In this document: piece after piece, positions 35,090-50,000 of the stretch
Layout: every line of letters begins with the position of its first letter
Numbering within the stretch: position 1 is the first letter of the stretch
DNA from: Bispira polyomma
Taxonomy: Eukaryota
DNA: 64,000 bases
Direction: 5' to 3'
Assembly: GCA_965649765.1 (NCBI GenBank)
Contig: OZ287755.1
Location: forward strand, 27,466,001 to 27,530,000
Made by a program: the position numbers and the translations under genes
Notes under the pieces: model-generated
Told to the model about the DNA's origin: nothing
The model's database searches: none
Seen by the model: only the letters and a program-made list of their open reading frames with translations

Positions 35090-37922
35090 TTTATTTAGAC
35101 ATTATATGTTAAAAACAGAAATATTAAAACAGCGTGCAAGAAATTTATAGAGTACAATGGCAGAACTAGATCTTTTTATATGCTGTTAGAAAAGTGTATT
35201 TCCACCTGTAATGGCAGGATTAAGGTCTGCATATTTTACAAAATACAATATTCATGTTATGAGAATCATTTTAAAACTAAAAACATCAAATTTACAAAAA
35301 AATTATTGGTACTTGTATGAAAAGTAATGCTCTATAATTTTGTACTTTGTTGACATATTCAAAAGCTTATCTTGAGAGATTACTGATCTACTGTAGAATG
35401 GATAAAAAGTGATTGAAACAATGCCCATTGTGTTTGTAAAGTGTTTTAGATTAAAATTTTCACTTTGTACAGAGGCACTTCTATTTATTACTAAGTATAC
35501 CTGCCCAACTCTTAGTGGAACTGATCCAACAATCTCTGCAAATGTTTAACAGGCATAAAATAAGAAATAAGGCATTTCTCAAGTACAAAATGGAGGGAAA
35601 CCTCTAAATATCTTACAAAGATTTAAGTTACACACTGAGAATAGTAAATAAACCATGACAAGCTGACATTTAGTGGCAATTAGTCTGATCCAGAAAAACA
35701 CTAGTTCTGGAGTACACAACACATGAATATCATACACACACTAGATGGAGGGGAAGAAAGTATTAGTTACACAGCAGCCTTATCTTACAACTGACTGTTA
35801 CACAACACAGGTGTACAACAACAATTCTACTGATTTCAGCTACCATACATTACCATCTATTCTACAAGAGATACCAACCACTTTAGCCAAACAATATACA
35901 GAACACCTTCAAAGTTCATGTGATATGCATTCCCACCATTTGTCTGGTCAGAATGAATACCAAATCAATGTTACAGTAGAGGCACTATAATGGGGATGGG
36001 GCTTGTTGTATAATCTTTAGTGTTGCATATTTTATAAACTGTCAGTATATCACACAACTAAATTGCATATATCTTCACCATAACCTTTACTAAAATGCAC
36101 TTGTATAAATAAGAAAATGTAGAGTTACAGCCGATATAGAATGATACAGATCAAAAAGAATACTGTCACCCACTCAAAATTACTTATTGACAAGTATGTA
36201 CAAAATAGACTCAAGTGAGTAGTATGAGATGTGTGTAGGTATGGTACGTCATCCCAGTATAGGCATGTGTTTACTGTACTTTTAAAAAGACATGTATCTG
36301 TTATGCTGATGTTCTGAGTATTAATCAACAGCTGGCCATAGTTGGTACAAGACTTGTAGGCAGCGAGTTGACAGTTTGTAGTTAGGTGTTGAAAGGCTGT
36401 GTTATCTTATTTTTACTTATTTTTTCCAGACACACATACAGCCCACTATGTATTGATCAGCCAAAAATGTACATAGAATTGAAGGATTTTAACAATACTT
36501 GTGTTACATCAAGGGAAAGTACAATATCTTTTGGGAATGTCTCTAACTTACATGTATCATAAGGAAGACTAGTTTTCTAAGGGTTTTGAATACTACATAA
36601 CTTGTAGAAGCATATCCAGAGAGATGCAAGTATTACTAAGATGAAGATGCCAAGCCTCACAGTTAGTGGTTACGTATAGTGTGATAAGTTGTAGAGTATC
36701 CATCTGGACTGGTTCTGGGTAACAGCAGTACCTTCTTATGTACAGAATGTGTCTACACATTACAAAGATGTCAGATCAAATTGTAAGGAGTATTATTCTG
36801 AATTAATATCTTGAAATCTCATTTCACGTACATATACATAACATGAACACCTTCTTACATATAGATATAGCTCATGCACAACAGTGCATTGTAGCTTGAT
36901 AAACACTAATATGAACAATTACATGTAACACTAGTTCATACCTTCAAAAGGCAATGTGTCCTATTTATGTTCTATAACATCCCATTAACATAGACAGATT
37001 TAGCCATGTCCTTAACACTTGCCTAAACCAACCTGTGTCTATAAAGGTGGTGATCACAATGAGATCCTAACATCCAGTTACAACTATGTGAACATTTATT
37101 ACAATGGCTTACAATTAAAACTACATCAAAGGCAGAATGTGCAAAATTCTAGCTCTAAAACCTTGAATATATATACAAATGACCATAGAAAAGTGCTAAA
37201 CCTGCAAGCTTACACATATACTGCAATACCTGTTGACAATGTTACTAGTGAGCATATGTCCAGTGACACGAGTCTGATAGCACTGCTATGATAGTTAACT
37301 ATTTAAGTACATAGAGACTTGAAGACCAGTAGGGCTTCTGGTGTACCAGGGGTGGTATTCACAAAAAAACTAAATCTAAACATTCTCTTAACTATAGTTC
37401 AAAACTATACTAGATCTAAGACAAAGAACAGGCTTAGCCCTTTTGTGAATAACCACCTGGGTGTCTAGAGCTACACCTGGTCATAGTTTAGTGTCAGCTG
37501 GCTGTGGATTACATAAACAAACTGTGGACTGCTACATGTAATAGAATGACCACCACACAAGACTAGGTCATTCTGACTACATCTCAGAATACAGGGACTG
37601 GGACTGTATAAAAGTACACAGGGACACTAAGAGAACACGTTGTGTCATACACAGTTAAACCACAACATCTCACTAGATAGATGTCTGAATAAAACAACCT
37701 GGGGATTAAACACTGAGTAAGGTGTAGCTGTAAAATGATTGCCAAAATTCATTGTGAATGATTACCAGCCATGTTATGTTACATATATTAAACAATTGAA
37801 AAGTGATTAGATGTGCACATTAAAAAGTCCAACAGTTAAGAGAAGGTTGTGGCACTGTATCCAGAGATGTGGATGATGTTGAGACGTAGTCATGATAACA
37901 ATAGGGCTAGGGTGGGCAGGTC
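35090..37922 (-). other. Putative long 3' UTR of the Ig gene ending near a minus-strand AATAAA
   Basis: No splice or coding signal after the stop; AATAAA at ~35090-35095 followed by a U/GU-rich tract; other poly(A) sites are possible. Confidence 0.35.
37350..37456. mobile_element. Diverged Harbinger-type hairpin MITE
   Basis: gtggtattcacaaaa / ttttgtgaataaccac TIRs with CWG flanks. Confidence 0.6.
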
Positions 37923-38023
37923 TCACAACAGTCTGGACACAGCGATCAGGCTCAGCACGGTGAGTATACTGGACAGTTGGGGTGGACACCCATTGCCATC
38001 GTCAAGGACTGGACTGACTGTAC
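37923..38023 (-). CDS. Ig gene last coding exon (GPI signal)
   Basis: ttatag| GTVSPVLDDGNGCPPQLSSILTVLSLIAVSRLL*; missed by the ORF track. Confidence 0.85.
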
Positions 38024-41000
38024 CTATAACACAAACATCTGGCTACAAACTAGGAACTACATAGTCAAAGTATGTGTACATAACAAAACTACACACTTAA
38101 ACAAGTCACAAAAACTACACCATGTAAAGAGATTTAAAATGATGTCACAACATCATCTAGTAATGGTAGAATTACTTCAAAAGACCAAGGTTTTATTCTA
38201 TTCAAAAAACACATAGCACTATCAACAACTCACCACTGACAACATATTTACAGACACAGAGAATTTCTAAATGAAACATACCTATACAATTACCTGCTAA
38301 GAGTTCTGAGTCACACATACAAGCTAGTGGTGTAATGAGTAGAGGACTAGATTACACAATATAAAGTCTAGAACTAAAAACAAAGACACAGATACAAGAC
38401 AGTGTAAGTTAGAGACTGCTCTCAATATTTATATACCTACCGAAAGTATGTACCAACATCTGGATTCATTGATTGCCAAATTAAGTTAACCAAGTTCCCA
38501 AAGAACAATGTTACACAGGAAATGTTGTACTTGTAAAATAAGCATACCTTTGGTTTGTAAATTAAATAGCTTGTTTTCCAGTCTGTTCTGTTTACATACA
38601 CAGTATATGTGGACTATGTACATATATTATCACATATCTATATACACTTATTATACGAAAATATAGACAAATGCAAATACCATAAACATCTAATATCCTA
38701 TCTCTATGATATGAATACACAGTGGATACATTATAATGATTTATTGCAATCAATTAAGTATGGTTATTCTGCCCATAACACAGAGTTTAAACTTTCATTT
38801 AATGAATATTTTATTATCCAATTAAATGTCCATGCTGCCAAGGTGTTCAGTTAATAGAGCTTCATCATGTATGTACCAGATGTGTCTATATCTACCCTGG
38901 GATTATCACATAAAGGTCACAAAGGTGTAGCATGCCGTTAGTGCTTTAGATACATGTGTCACTACTGCAGATATGTGTAATCAATTTAACTTTCTTTTAT
39001 ATTCAAAATTATTCACAGTTGGTTGTTCTGGGATTCAAAGTATCAACCTTTTCTGGACCCTTCTTAACATGGCAAGCTTCTTTAGCTTGCCCTTGTAGAT
39101 AAGAGCGAAAGACAAACTTTAACTGATCACTCTGTCTCTGGGAGACCCAGGATGTGATCAATCTCAAAGTCTTGTTGGCCTATTTTAATAAGGTTTACAT
39201 TCTCTGTTTTTGTAAAGAAACTGACATATCGGCAGTTTGACCACATACATGCTATCAATGTAGATAGCCGTACAAAGAGTTGGAAACATACACAAAGACG
39301 GGGTGAGTGGTTAGTTTTACATAGAACAAGCAAACCTCTCTTACACAATGAACACAGCTTGTTTTAGGTACAAACTCCCTCCTAAACTGTGTAGCAAGTA
39401 CAAATAAGCCTTTTGTGCAGGTAAACTCTTCCTATACAGACAGGAACTATTTCAGATATTCAAAACTATGTGATTGTTACAAATTGATGGAGTATAGTAG
39501 ACAAATATTGGTATTGTACAGGTCACTGGTGTACCTATGTAGTGCATGGTCCCAATAAGCATTAGGGAAAGTACATTGTCCTTTCCATTAATATGGAAAA
39601 TACAGTTAGTTTGCAGTTTGCTCTTACTGTGATATTATATACAGGATACTATATATGGATGCAGTTAGTACTACAAAGCTGTCATTAGGGATAAAACTAC
39701 AGACTAAACACACATCAATGGCAATAAAGTAATTCTAGTAATAAAGCAGAAAATAAAAACATTATCACATGCAAATAATATTATCACATTCACATCATAT
39801 TTATGGGAATGAAGAACAGAACAAATCAATAACGTTAGGAATAAATTGTGTATTAGTACACAGTATAACACAGAAACTAAAAACTATTTCAACTTAAAAT
39901 AGGAAAACCATCACATAAAATAATCAGCAAAAGTCGACAGCCAGAATGAAATAATAAAATCCAATTTTTAAGTGAAGGTGTAAAATTAAGATTGATTGCA
40001 GGTTTCTACATGTTGATACTGGAAAGATAACAAAGCCACTAATAAGCGGACATCTATTATTGGTGTGTATAGAATCACATGATGGTCATGTGACAGACAT
40101 ACCCTGGTTGTTGTTGTTGTTGTTGTTGTTATTGACTACTGTTGTAGTAGGCGCACGAGGTGGGGTCACAGGATCTACCACTGTTAATAAAAGAGACTTG
40201 ATTACAAATACATTTCCTGTCAAAAGCAGTCCCATCAAACACATAACAAGCTGAAAAGCTGGACTTTTTCAAAACAGTGGCACATATTAGGATCTCCTTG
40301 ACTACAAGCTGATATGTTGTGTAATAAGCAGGGATATCACTTCTGTCTAATCAAGATGAAAGTTATAGTTTGAACCTCCCACAACTGCTGATCTAGTTCA
40401 CACTAAGAAATACATTGCATTTCTAACATTCTCACTATTACAAAATTGATCTCATGCACCAGTAATGACAACACTTATGTAATCTAGCACATATGACACC
40501 AACAATTTAACAAGATATAGGGTAAATTCTAGTGAATGCAAAACAGAAAATCTAAAAATTTGTTAAAAAAAAAAAGGTATTCCTTAAACTTACTGTTGCA
40601 ACATATTTCAACAAAATATAGAGCAAAGTCAAAAGGTAAAAGTTATGCCCAAACTATGCCCAAAGATGTAAACTTCATTTAATACACTCAAAAATAAATA
40701 TGTAATCAGGGGTGATGCTAGTGTATCTGTGGGACTGGACTCATAATAAACAGTTGTGATAATGAAGACATGAACTCATAGTTTTGGGCACTCGTATTTT
40801 ACTTTATCGAGAGATCAAAATGCATCGATTTACTGACAGTTGTCTGACATTTCAAATCTTGCAATTAGACACAAACTTAACTCATCGCTTGACCTTAAAG
40901 CTAGGATTAAGGGTAAAATTTGACCTGCTCTCTAATTTCCAAGACTGTGTTTCAAGATCAACGGTCCATGACCATAAGTTTTAATGATTTACACAAAAGC

Positions 41001-44000
41001 TTTAGACTTCCACACATATGTCAGCCTTATTAATAATGCCTACATGTTACTTTGGTTAGAAGCAGGCAAAATGTTAACATATCAAGGGGCAAAGATCAGG
41101 TTGTATATTTATAGATTTGTTGGGTATATTTGCCAGATGTGACTTTTGAGGTCAAGCTCACAATGTCAAGCCAATGTCAAGCCATGAGGTTACATACATG
41201 TAACCAAGAGTGACCTTCCTTTGGTGTATTGTTTCTCTCATATGTAGTGAGGAAATGCTTATTCAGCTCTGGTATCCAAGACTGTCGTAAGATTATGTCA
41301 CATTTTGACGGGCCTCCACATAGCTTGTGACACACTAAAAGGTTATGTTTGTAATTTGTGTCTCATTTAGATCATGCAGACTGAAGTGACCAGTGATAAC
41401 AAGCCACACCATGAGCCCATCCCTCATCCGAAAGTCTTTTAATAAATTGGAAGAGAGTGGCATGACACAACAGCATACAAAATTACTCAAAATGATAAAA
41501 AAGAACAAAACAAATTTACAATACTTATAAACACGCACATTAAATTTTACATGGTAAGAAAATGTAACAACAAGAAAGCTATCAAAATTAATCTATTATT
41601 TTAACAAAAATACTTCAAATAGGTTACAAATCACACAAACAGAATTAGTATCTATTTGATATAAATTTTCCTATGTTCTAGAATTCTAGTAGAAGTTCTA
41701 TATCAACCAATGTATCATTAGACATGTGAAACCTTACAGCCTAATGACTTCTCTAATGCTGCCGGAGCTCTGCCCAGAGATATCAACCAGATTAGACTTT
41801 TATCATAAATGTAAGAGCACAATGAGCATTATACTAAATATGACCATGCTTCTCACTCTTGGTGTTTGAGATAAAGAGCATCTAGTATTAATATTAGTTG
41901 TCAGGTAACACTGTGTACTTGTCAAACCTATGTATAGATTAGTAGTTGACTAGCAAGGTCATTAAGGGAGACATACCTTCTTCCAGTTGTACTCTGTCTA
42001 TGGCTGTACCCTGACTGTTTGTTACTTCTAATGAATACATCTGGAAGCCTTCAGCTCCCACAGACTTGACATGCAGCATAAACGTGTAGCTACTTCCACT
42101 CTCCTAAAATATACATGCATATCTAAATGTTATATGTTTATTGAAAACAAAACCCACATTCACAAATGTTTTGAATGTAATTTCATCAGACGTAGTTCTT
42201 CCTCAGTCTCACAGTTTCTGAGAACTATAGATATCATATCATACAGAGCTTACGTGAGATAGATAAAAACACATTTACTTTTTAAGAACAAATGTTTCGA
42301 ATTTATTTTCATCAGACAAAATATTCCCTTGACCGGACGGTTTCCGAGAACTAGCCTGGCCGAACTTTGGCAGCAGCAACCGTCTGGCCATCAGGACGAC
42401 CTGGGTGAAAAGTATACCCCAACCATCTGCCCATCAAGACGACCTGGATGGAAATTATACCCCAACCATCTGGCCATCAGGATGACCTTGGTGAAAAGTA
42501 TACCCCATATATGTATTGAAGTCAATCTGTGAAACCAATCATTATATGTAATGACTAAAAGTTTTAGTCATTATGTGAAATGACAAAAATCAGTAAAAGA
42601 TAAGTTTCAGTCATTACGCGAAATGACTAAAATCAGTAGAAGACAATATTTGCATGTATAGTCTTAATTTACTATCACATTATGCACTTGAATGGTTAAT
42701 TATGTATAACGTAATACTATTGAAAGTTAAATCATTAAATTATGAAGGAAATATAGAGCTGCAATAGTACAAAGGGGTTTTGCATTATGTAACATTACAG
42801 TATTACTTTAGGCAACAGTGTCATGATTGAAAATTTTTACTGGTCTTGCGGATTGACTGTAATATATACATATATATAGACTGTGTGGTAGAAATCAAAA
42901 TCTGCATAATACCTGAAAATACACTTCATAGACAAATGCCAGAGTAGCAAGTAAAGGAACAGTGGATTACGTACAGTGACCATGAAGTGAATATTTCCAT
43001 CTGTACTCATGTCATCAGGGTTGAGGCTCACACTGGCACCTGCTTGTTCAAAGCTCCACATAGCTGTGTCATATTTGGGCAACATGTCAGCAGTACAGCT
43101 AATTTCCACCGGAGAATCAGGCTTAGCCATCATCGGTGACTGACTGCAGGTTAACTTAGGTTTGTCTACAATGAGCCACATGAACCACAAACAGATACAA
43201 ATATACTGTTTTTGTTCACAAAACGGTGCAGACCCTCATCACCAATCTACTGTNNNNNNNNNNNNNNNNNNNNNNNNNNNNNNNNNNNNNNNNNNNNNNN
43301 NNNNNNNNNNNNNNNNNNNNNNNNNNNNNNNNNNNNNNNNNNNNNNNNNNNNNNNNNNNNNNNNNNNNNNNNNNNNNNNNNNNNNNNNNNNNNNNNAGGA
43401 CTAATGTACCACACAAATACTGCAATCTGGCCTATCTCTACTGGCCTATCTATACATGCTAACTTAAACCTGCTGTTGTTGCATACACAATTAAAATTCT
43501 TAACTTTTATTGGCTGACGGAGTCCCATGAAAGTTGGTATCTAGAGAAGGTTAACAACTTAAAAGCGCAACTCTTACCCTCTAAAACATAAATAAATACA
43601 GGGACAAAAAGGATTTTCCTCCTTTTATCTGAAAGTTATATTATCTGTATCTAAATTACTTGACACTATGTATTGATTAGTTTATGTTAATTTTACTGTT
43701 TATGATGTTGTTTTAACATTGTTACACGTGTATTATATGTAAGAACAATGTGATAGGCAGTGATGCTAGGTGGATGCTGGTCTCGGGAAGGCTGACAGTA
43801 GATGACTTACAGTGGACCTGAACAGTGACAGATGAGGAGAGTTTCTGATCGTGGTTTTCAGCTTTGGCAGTACAGGTCAGTGTTTTGTCATTATCTTCAG
43901 GCTTGGGGTCAGTGTAGCCAGTGTAGGTTACTTCAATTTCCTCCACATACAAACCATCCTCAACGTCAAAGCTTTCAGAATCTACTTTGTTAAACCTGTG

Positions 44001-47000
44001 ATATTAGAATACAATACCAACTGTGTACAAAGATATGGTTATGTTTGTCGGAAGGATCCATATTTAAATACTGTGTACAAAGATATGGTTATGTTTGTCG
44101 GAAGGATCCATATTTAAATACTGTGTACAAAGATATGGTTATGTTTGTCAGAATGATCCATATTTAAATACTGTGTACAAAGATATGGTTATGTTTGTTA
44201 GAAGGAACCATTTAAATACTGTGTACAAAGTGGTAGTTATAGCGAGTCAGTGGTAGTTATAGCGAGTCAGTGGTAGCTATAGCGAGTCAGTGGTAGTTAT
44301 AGCGAGTCAGTGGTAGTTATAGAGAGTCAGTGGTAGTCATAGAGAGTCAGTGGTAGCTATAGAGAGTCAGTGGTAGTTATAGCGAGTCAGTGGTAGCTAT
44401 AGAGAGTCAGTGGTAGCTATAGAGAGTCAGTGGTAGTTATAGGAAGTCAGTGGTAGCTATAGAGAGTCAGTGGTAGTTATAGAGAGTCAGTGGTAGTTAT
44501 AGAGAGTCAGTGGTAGTTATAGAGAGTCAGTGGTAGTTATAGAGAGTCAGTGGTAGTTATAGATAGTCACCGAGAGCTACAGAGAGTCACAGGAAGCTAT
44601 AGATAGCCAGTGGTAGTCGTAGAGAGTCACAGGTAGTTATAGAGAGTCACAGTTAGCTACAAAGAATCACAGGTGGCTACAGAGTCACAGGTAGTTATAG
44701 AGAGTCACAGGTAGTTATAGAGAGTCGCAGGTACTTATAGAGTGTGGCTTACATTTCTGTAATGTCCTTATCTCCTAGGGTGATGGTGACTTTTGGTGGT
44801 TTTAATGTGCCCTCCGTGTTGACCACACACTTTATACCCGCCTCCTGGCCCTCAGAGAAGATCAACGTTTCCCCCTCCTCCACGCCAATGTATGTCCCCT
44901 GATGAGTCTTTTGTGAAAGGCGGAGATCACTGGGAGGCACTGTAACACAGTTACACAACAAATCCACAGGAAACTATTGTGAAAACACTATNNNNNNNNN
45001 NNNNNNNNNNNNNNNNNNNNNNNNNNNNNNNNNNNNNNNNNNNNNNNNNNNNNNNNNNNNNNNNNNNNNNNNNNNNNNNNNNNNNNNNNNNNNNNNNNNN
45101 NNNNNNNNNNNNNNNNNNNNNNNNNNNNNNNNNNNNNNNNNNNNNNNNNNNNNNNNNNNNNNNNNNNNNNNNNNNNNNNNNNNNNNNNNNNNNNNNNNNN
45201 NNNNNNNNNNNNNNNNNNNNNNNNNNNNNNNNACAAAAAAATGGCTTGATAATCAACAGTAACCCTGTCATATGTAAACAAAACCAACTGCTGAAACCTA
45301 GAATAGAATGAGAATTACATGGCTTTTAAATTACATTGTAAGAAAAACAAAAATAGTATCAGAGATGCCGAAACTCCACAGCCTTTGGGTGAAACCAGAC
45401 TATGGCATTGCACACCTATACTTAGTAATATTTGTACCACATATGATGAACTTCCTCAGCCTCATGGTTTGAACTTTGGCAGCTGCTGAGCGTCTGCTCA
45501 TCTGACAAACCGGCTGAAAACAAAACCCCAAAACCTCACAGCCATTATACTTGTACTTGAATCTGAATTTAGTTGTGTTTTTCATTGCTTTTAACAGCTT
45601 AGGTCATATCATGATATCCAGATTCATTGGTGGAAGAAATCAGTTCCTATGGCAATTACATGACAAACATTCTTATACATTCATTATGTGAAGGGTGAAA
45701 GAGAGTTGTGCCCCTTGCCACCGGATGCCAAAGGGTGGGTTAACACCCAGTCTGGCTGCTTTCTCATTAACCAGCGGTTAACCCCCCTATCCTTACGACC
45801 TTGCCATGCCCATGGACTTTATGATTGGATCACTGATTCTGCTGTTGCGCTTTAGAAGATGCCCTAGCATCAATAAAGTGCATTAAAAATGCATTATAAT
45901 AATAATGAAAGAACAAACAAGATTCGAACCCACATTGGTGAGAGGCCTGTGATTGTAAAGCAAGTGCTTTAAACCATTAAGCCACTGCAGTCCCCGGTAA
46001 AACTTAGCAAGTCTATTGTTACAAATGTCTTAGACTTAGTATGAAGAGACTAAATAGAGGATTTATTGCACAGGACTTACCAATGATATTAATGGTCTCT
46101 ATGGCTGTTTCTAACGGATTGTTGTTGTTCATGATATGAACACATAACCACTGTCCCCTGTCTGCACCGCGAACCCCTGCAAGGAAGTCAGTACATGTTG
46201 TAAAGAATACAGTGTATAACTAACTATACAGCTGCTACACTTCAGGGGCCGTATTCACGAAGGGACTTGGCCAAGTCTTAGGCTTAAATCAGTAAATTTT
46301 TGTGCTATAGTTAAGCCGAAGACTTGGCCAAGTCCCTTCGTGAATACAGCCCCAGGTACACAGTAATCTATAGAGTATAATATGTATACATCAAGTACAC
46401 ACTATATCTACAATACGATGTAAAGAACACAGTGGATAAATATACAATGAGATTGTACAGCTGGTACACACTTTGTGTACACAGTAATATACCAGAGATA
46501 CAATTGGGTTGACGTTAAGTTTGTTCAGGGAACCTACACCATCAGTTTAGGCTTCTTACCTTTTATGCTGACAATTTGCACTCCATTAATAAGGTTGTTG
46601 TCACCGTCTATAACTTCGTACCGTTCTTGCTGCTGAAAACCTCCTTGTTTGACTCCATTCACAGCCACAGAAAACTGAGTGCCCTCAATTTTTCGTACCA
46701 GTTTGAGTAACTCAAATTGCTTATATTCTAAAAATGAAAATAATGCACAATAATACTTCACTCAAAACTTTTATTAAATTTTTTAGTGTACATGTATTAG
46801 TCAATTTGTCGCATAACTCATCTTCTCAGGTCCTGTATTCACTAAGGGACGTAGCCAAATATACTTTACTAGATTTAAGAATAAGACTTGGCTAAGTCTC
46901 TTCGTAAATATGGGCCCTGATGTTCTATTTACAGTTTTACACAAGAATTAATCTATAGATATTTATACACGGTGGTTTCTAAAACTCGGAGCTCCGTCAC

Positions 47001-50000
47001 GGAGGTAAAATGGCCTAAAATCGCCTAAAATCACCTAGATCTTGGGAGGTAGCTCCATATGGATGTAAAATCGCCTAAATCTTGGGAGGTAGCTCTAAAA
47101 TCGCTCAAATCTTGGGAGATAGCTTGAAAATCGCCTAAATCTTGAGAGGTAGTTTGAAAATCGCCTGACTCTTGGGAGGTAATTTATAACAAACTTTTAT
47201 GAGGAATTAATTTCATAAGGAATTTATTTTCTATGAATGTATTATTATATGTATTCTACTAAATAACCATTGTATTGTTATATTTATTCTTCATCCTATT
47301 TGGGGATTATAATATACAGTCTAGGATTTAATTTTGTATTAATGTATTCTTATATGTAGTATTATATTTATTCTTCATTCGGTTTGGGAATTATATAATA
47401 TACAGTCTGGGGATTATTTTTTTCATATTTATTCGAAATTAGAATATTAGAAAAAAGTACTTTGAGCAGGCCTGATATCAAAAGATTTATATATTAAAGC
47501 AATCATTGAATTTAAGTATTTTAACTTCAAAATAATTTCGGTGAGTGTACATATATAGGGGGTATTTGGAGATAAGAGTACATCTATAGAGTGTCTGTAG
47601 GTAAGTGTACATCTATAGAGTGTCTGTAGATGAGTGTACATCTATAGAGTGTCTGTAGGAGATGAGTGTACATCTATAGAGTGTATGTAGGAGATGAGTG
47701 TACATCTATGGAGTGTCTGTTGGAGATGAGTGTACATCTATAGAGTGTCTGTAGGAGATGAGTGTACATCTACAGAGTGTATGTAGGAGATGAGTGTACA
47801 TCTAGAGAGTGTCTGTAGGAGATGAGTGTCAATCTATAGAGTGTCTGTTGGAGATGAGTGTACATCTATAGAGTGTATGTAGGAGATGAGTGTACATCTA
47901 TAGAGTGTCTGTTGGAGATGAGTGTATATCTATAGGGTGTCTGTAGGAGATGAGTGTACATCTATAGAGTGTATGTAGGAGATGAGTGTACATCTATAGA
48001 GTGTATGTAGGAGATGATTGTACATCTATGGAGTGTCTGTTGGAGATGAGTGTGCATCTATAGAGTGTCTGTAGGAGATGAGTGTACATCTACAGAGTGT
48101 ATGTAGGAGATGAGTGTACATCTAGAGAGTGTCTGTAGGAGATGAGTGTACATCTATAGAGTGTATGTAGGAGATGAGTGTACATCTATAGAGTGTCTGT
48201 TGGAGATGAGTGTACATCTATAGAGTGTCTGTTGGAGATGAGTGTACATCTATAGGGTGTCTGTAGGAGATGAGTGTACATCTATAGAGTGTATGTAGGA
48301 GATGAGTGTACATCTATAGAGTGTATGTAGGAGATGAGTGTACATCTATAGAGTGTATGTAGGAGATGAGTGTGCATCTATAGAGTGTCTGTTGGAGATG
48401 AGTGTACATCTATAGAGTGTCTATATAAGATGAGTGTACATCTATAGAGTGTATGTAGGAGATGAGAGTACATCTATAGAGTGCCTGTGGGAGATGAGTG
48501 TACATCTATAGAGTGTCTGTAGATAAGTGTACATCTATAGAGTGTCTATTGGAGATGAGTGTACATCTATAGAGTGTATGTAGGAGATGAGTGTACATCT
48601 ATAGAGTGTATGTAGGAGATGAGTGTACATCTATAGAGTGCCTGTATGAGATGAGTGTACATCTATAGAGTGTCTGTAGGAGATGACTGTACATCTATGG
48701 AGTGTCTGTTGGAGATGAGTGTACATCTATAGAGTGTATGTAGGAGATGAGTGTACATCTACAGAGTGTATGTAGGAGATGAGTGTACATCTAGAGAGTG
48801 TCTGTAGGAGATGAGTGTCAATCTATAGAGTGTATGTAGGAGATGAGTGTACATCTATAGAGTGTATGTAGGAGATGAGTGTACATCTATAGAGTGTCTG
48901 TTGGAGATGAGTGTACATCTATAGAGTGTCTGTTGGAGATGAGTGTATATCTATAGGGTGTCTGTAGGAGATGAGTGTACATCTATAGAGTGTATGTAGG
49001 AGATGAGTGTACATCTATAGAGTGTATGTAGGAGATGATTGTACATCTATGGAGTGTCTGTTGGAGATGAGTGTACATCTATAGAGTGTCTGTAGGAGAT
49101 GAGTGTACATCTACAGAGTGTATGTAGGAGATGAGTGTACATCTAGAGAGTGTCTGTAGGAGATGAGTGTCAATCTATAGAGTGTCTGTTGGAGATGAGT
49201 GTACATCTATAGAGTGTCTGTTGGAGATGAGTGTACATCTATAGAGTGTATGTAGGAGATGAGTGTACATCTATAGAGTGTCTGTTGGAGATGAGTGTAC
49301 ATCTATAGAGTGTCTGTTGGAGATGAGTGTATATCTATAGGGTGTCTGTAGGAGATGAGTGTACATCTATAGAGTGTATGTAGGAGATGAGTGTACATCT
49401 ATAGAGTGTCTGTTGGAGATGAGTGTACATCTATAGAGTGTCTGTAGGAGATGAGTGTACATCTATAGAGTGTCTATATAAGATGAGTGTACATCTATAG
49501 AGTGTATGTAGGAGATGAGAGTACATCTATAGAGTGCCTGTGGGAGATGAGTGTACATCTATAGAGTGTCTGTAGATAAGTGTACATCTATAGAGTGTCT
49601 ATTGGAGATGAGTGTACATCTATAGAGTGTCTGTAGGAGATGAGTGTACATCTATAGAGTGTCTGTATGAGATGAGTGTACATCTATAGAGTGTATGTAG
49701 GAGATGAGTGTACATCTATAGAGTGTATGTAGGAGATGAGTGTACATCTATAGAGTGCCTGTATGAGATGAGTGTACATCTATAGAGTGTCTGTAGGAGA
49801 TGACTGTACATCTATGGAGTGTCTATATAAGATGAGTGTATATCTATAGAGTGTATGTAGGAGATGAGTGTACATCTATAGTGTGCCTGTGAGAGATGAG
49901 TGTACATCTATAGAGTGTCTGTATGAGATGAGTGTACATCTATAGAGTGTATGTAGGAGATGAGTGTACATCTATAGAGTGTATGTATGAAATGAGTGTA

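Noticed and set aside
39047-39092. Possible alternative Ig exon (GQAKEACHVKKGPEK)
   Set aside because: AAG acceptor, poor donor and incompatible phase.
42285-42325. Hammerhead ribozyme core on the minus strand (CTGATGA..CGAAAC)
   Set aside because: Stem II is weak and stem I cannot pair around the putative cleavage site.
43162-45311. ORFs containing long X runs
   Set aside because: Artefacts of N gaps.
45915-45995. Functional tRNA gene
   Set aside because: A and B boxes are present but there is no acceptor stem or cloverleaf, and it continues into a SINE-like body.
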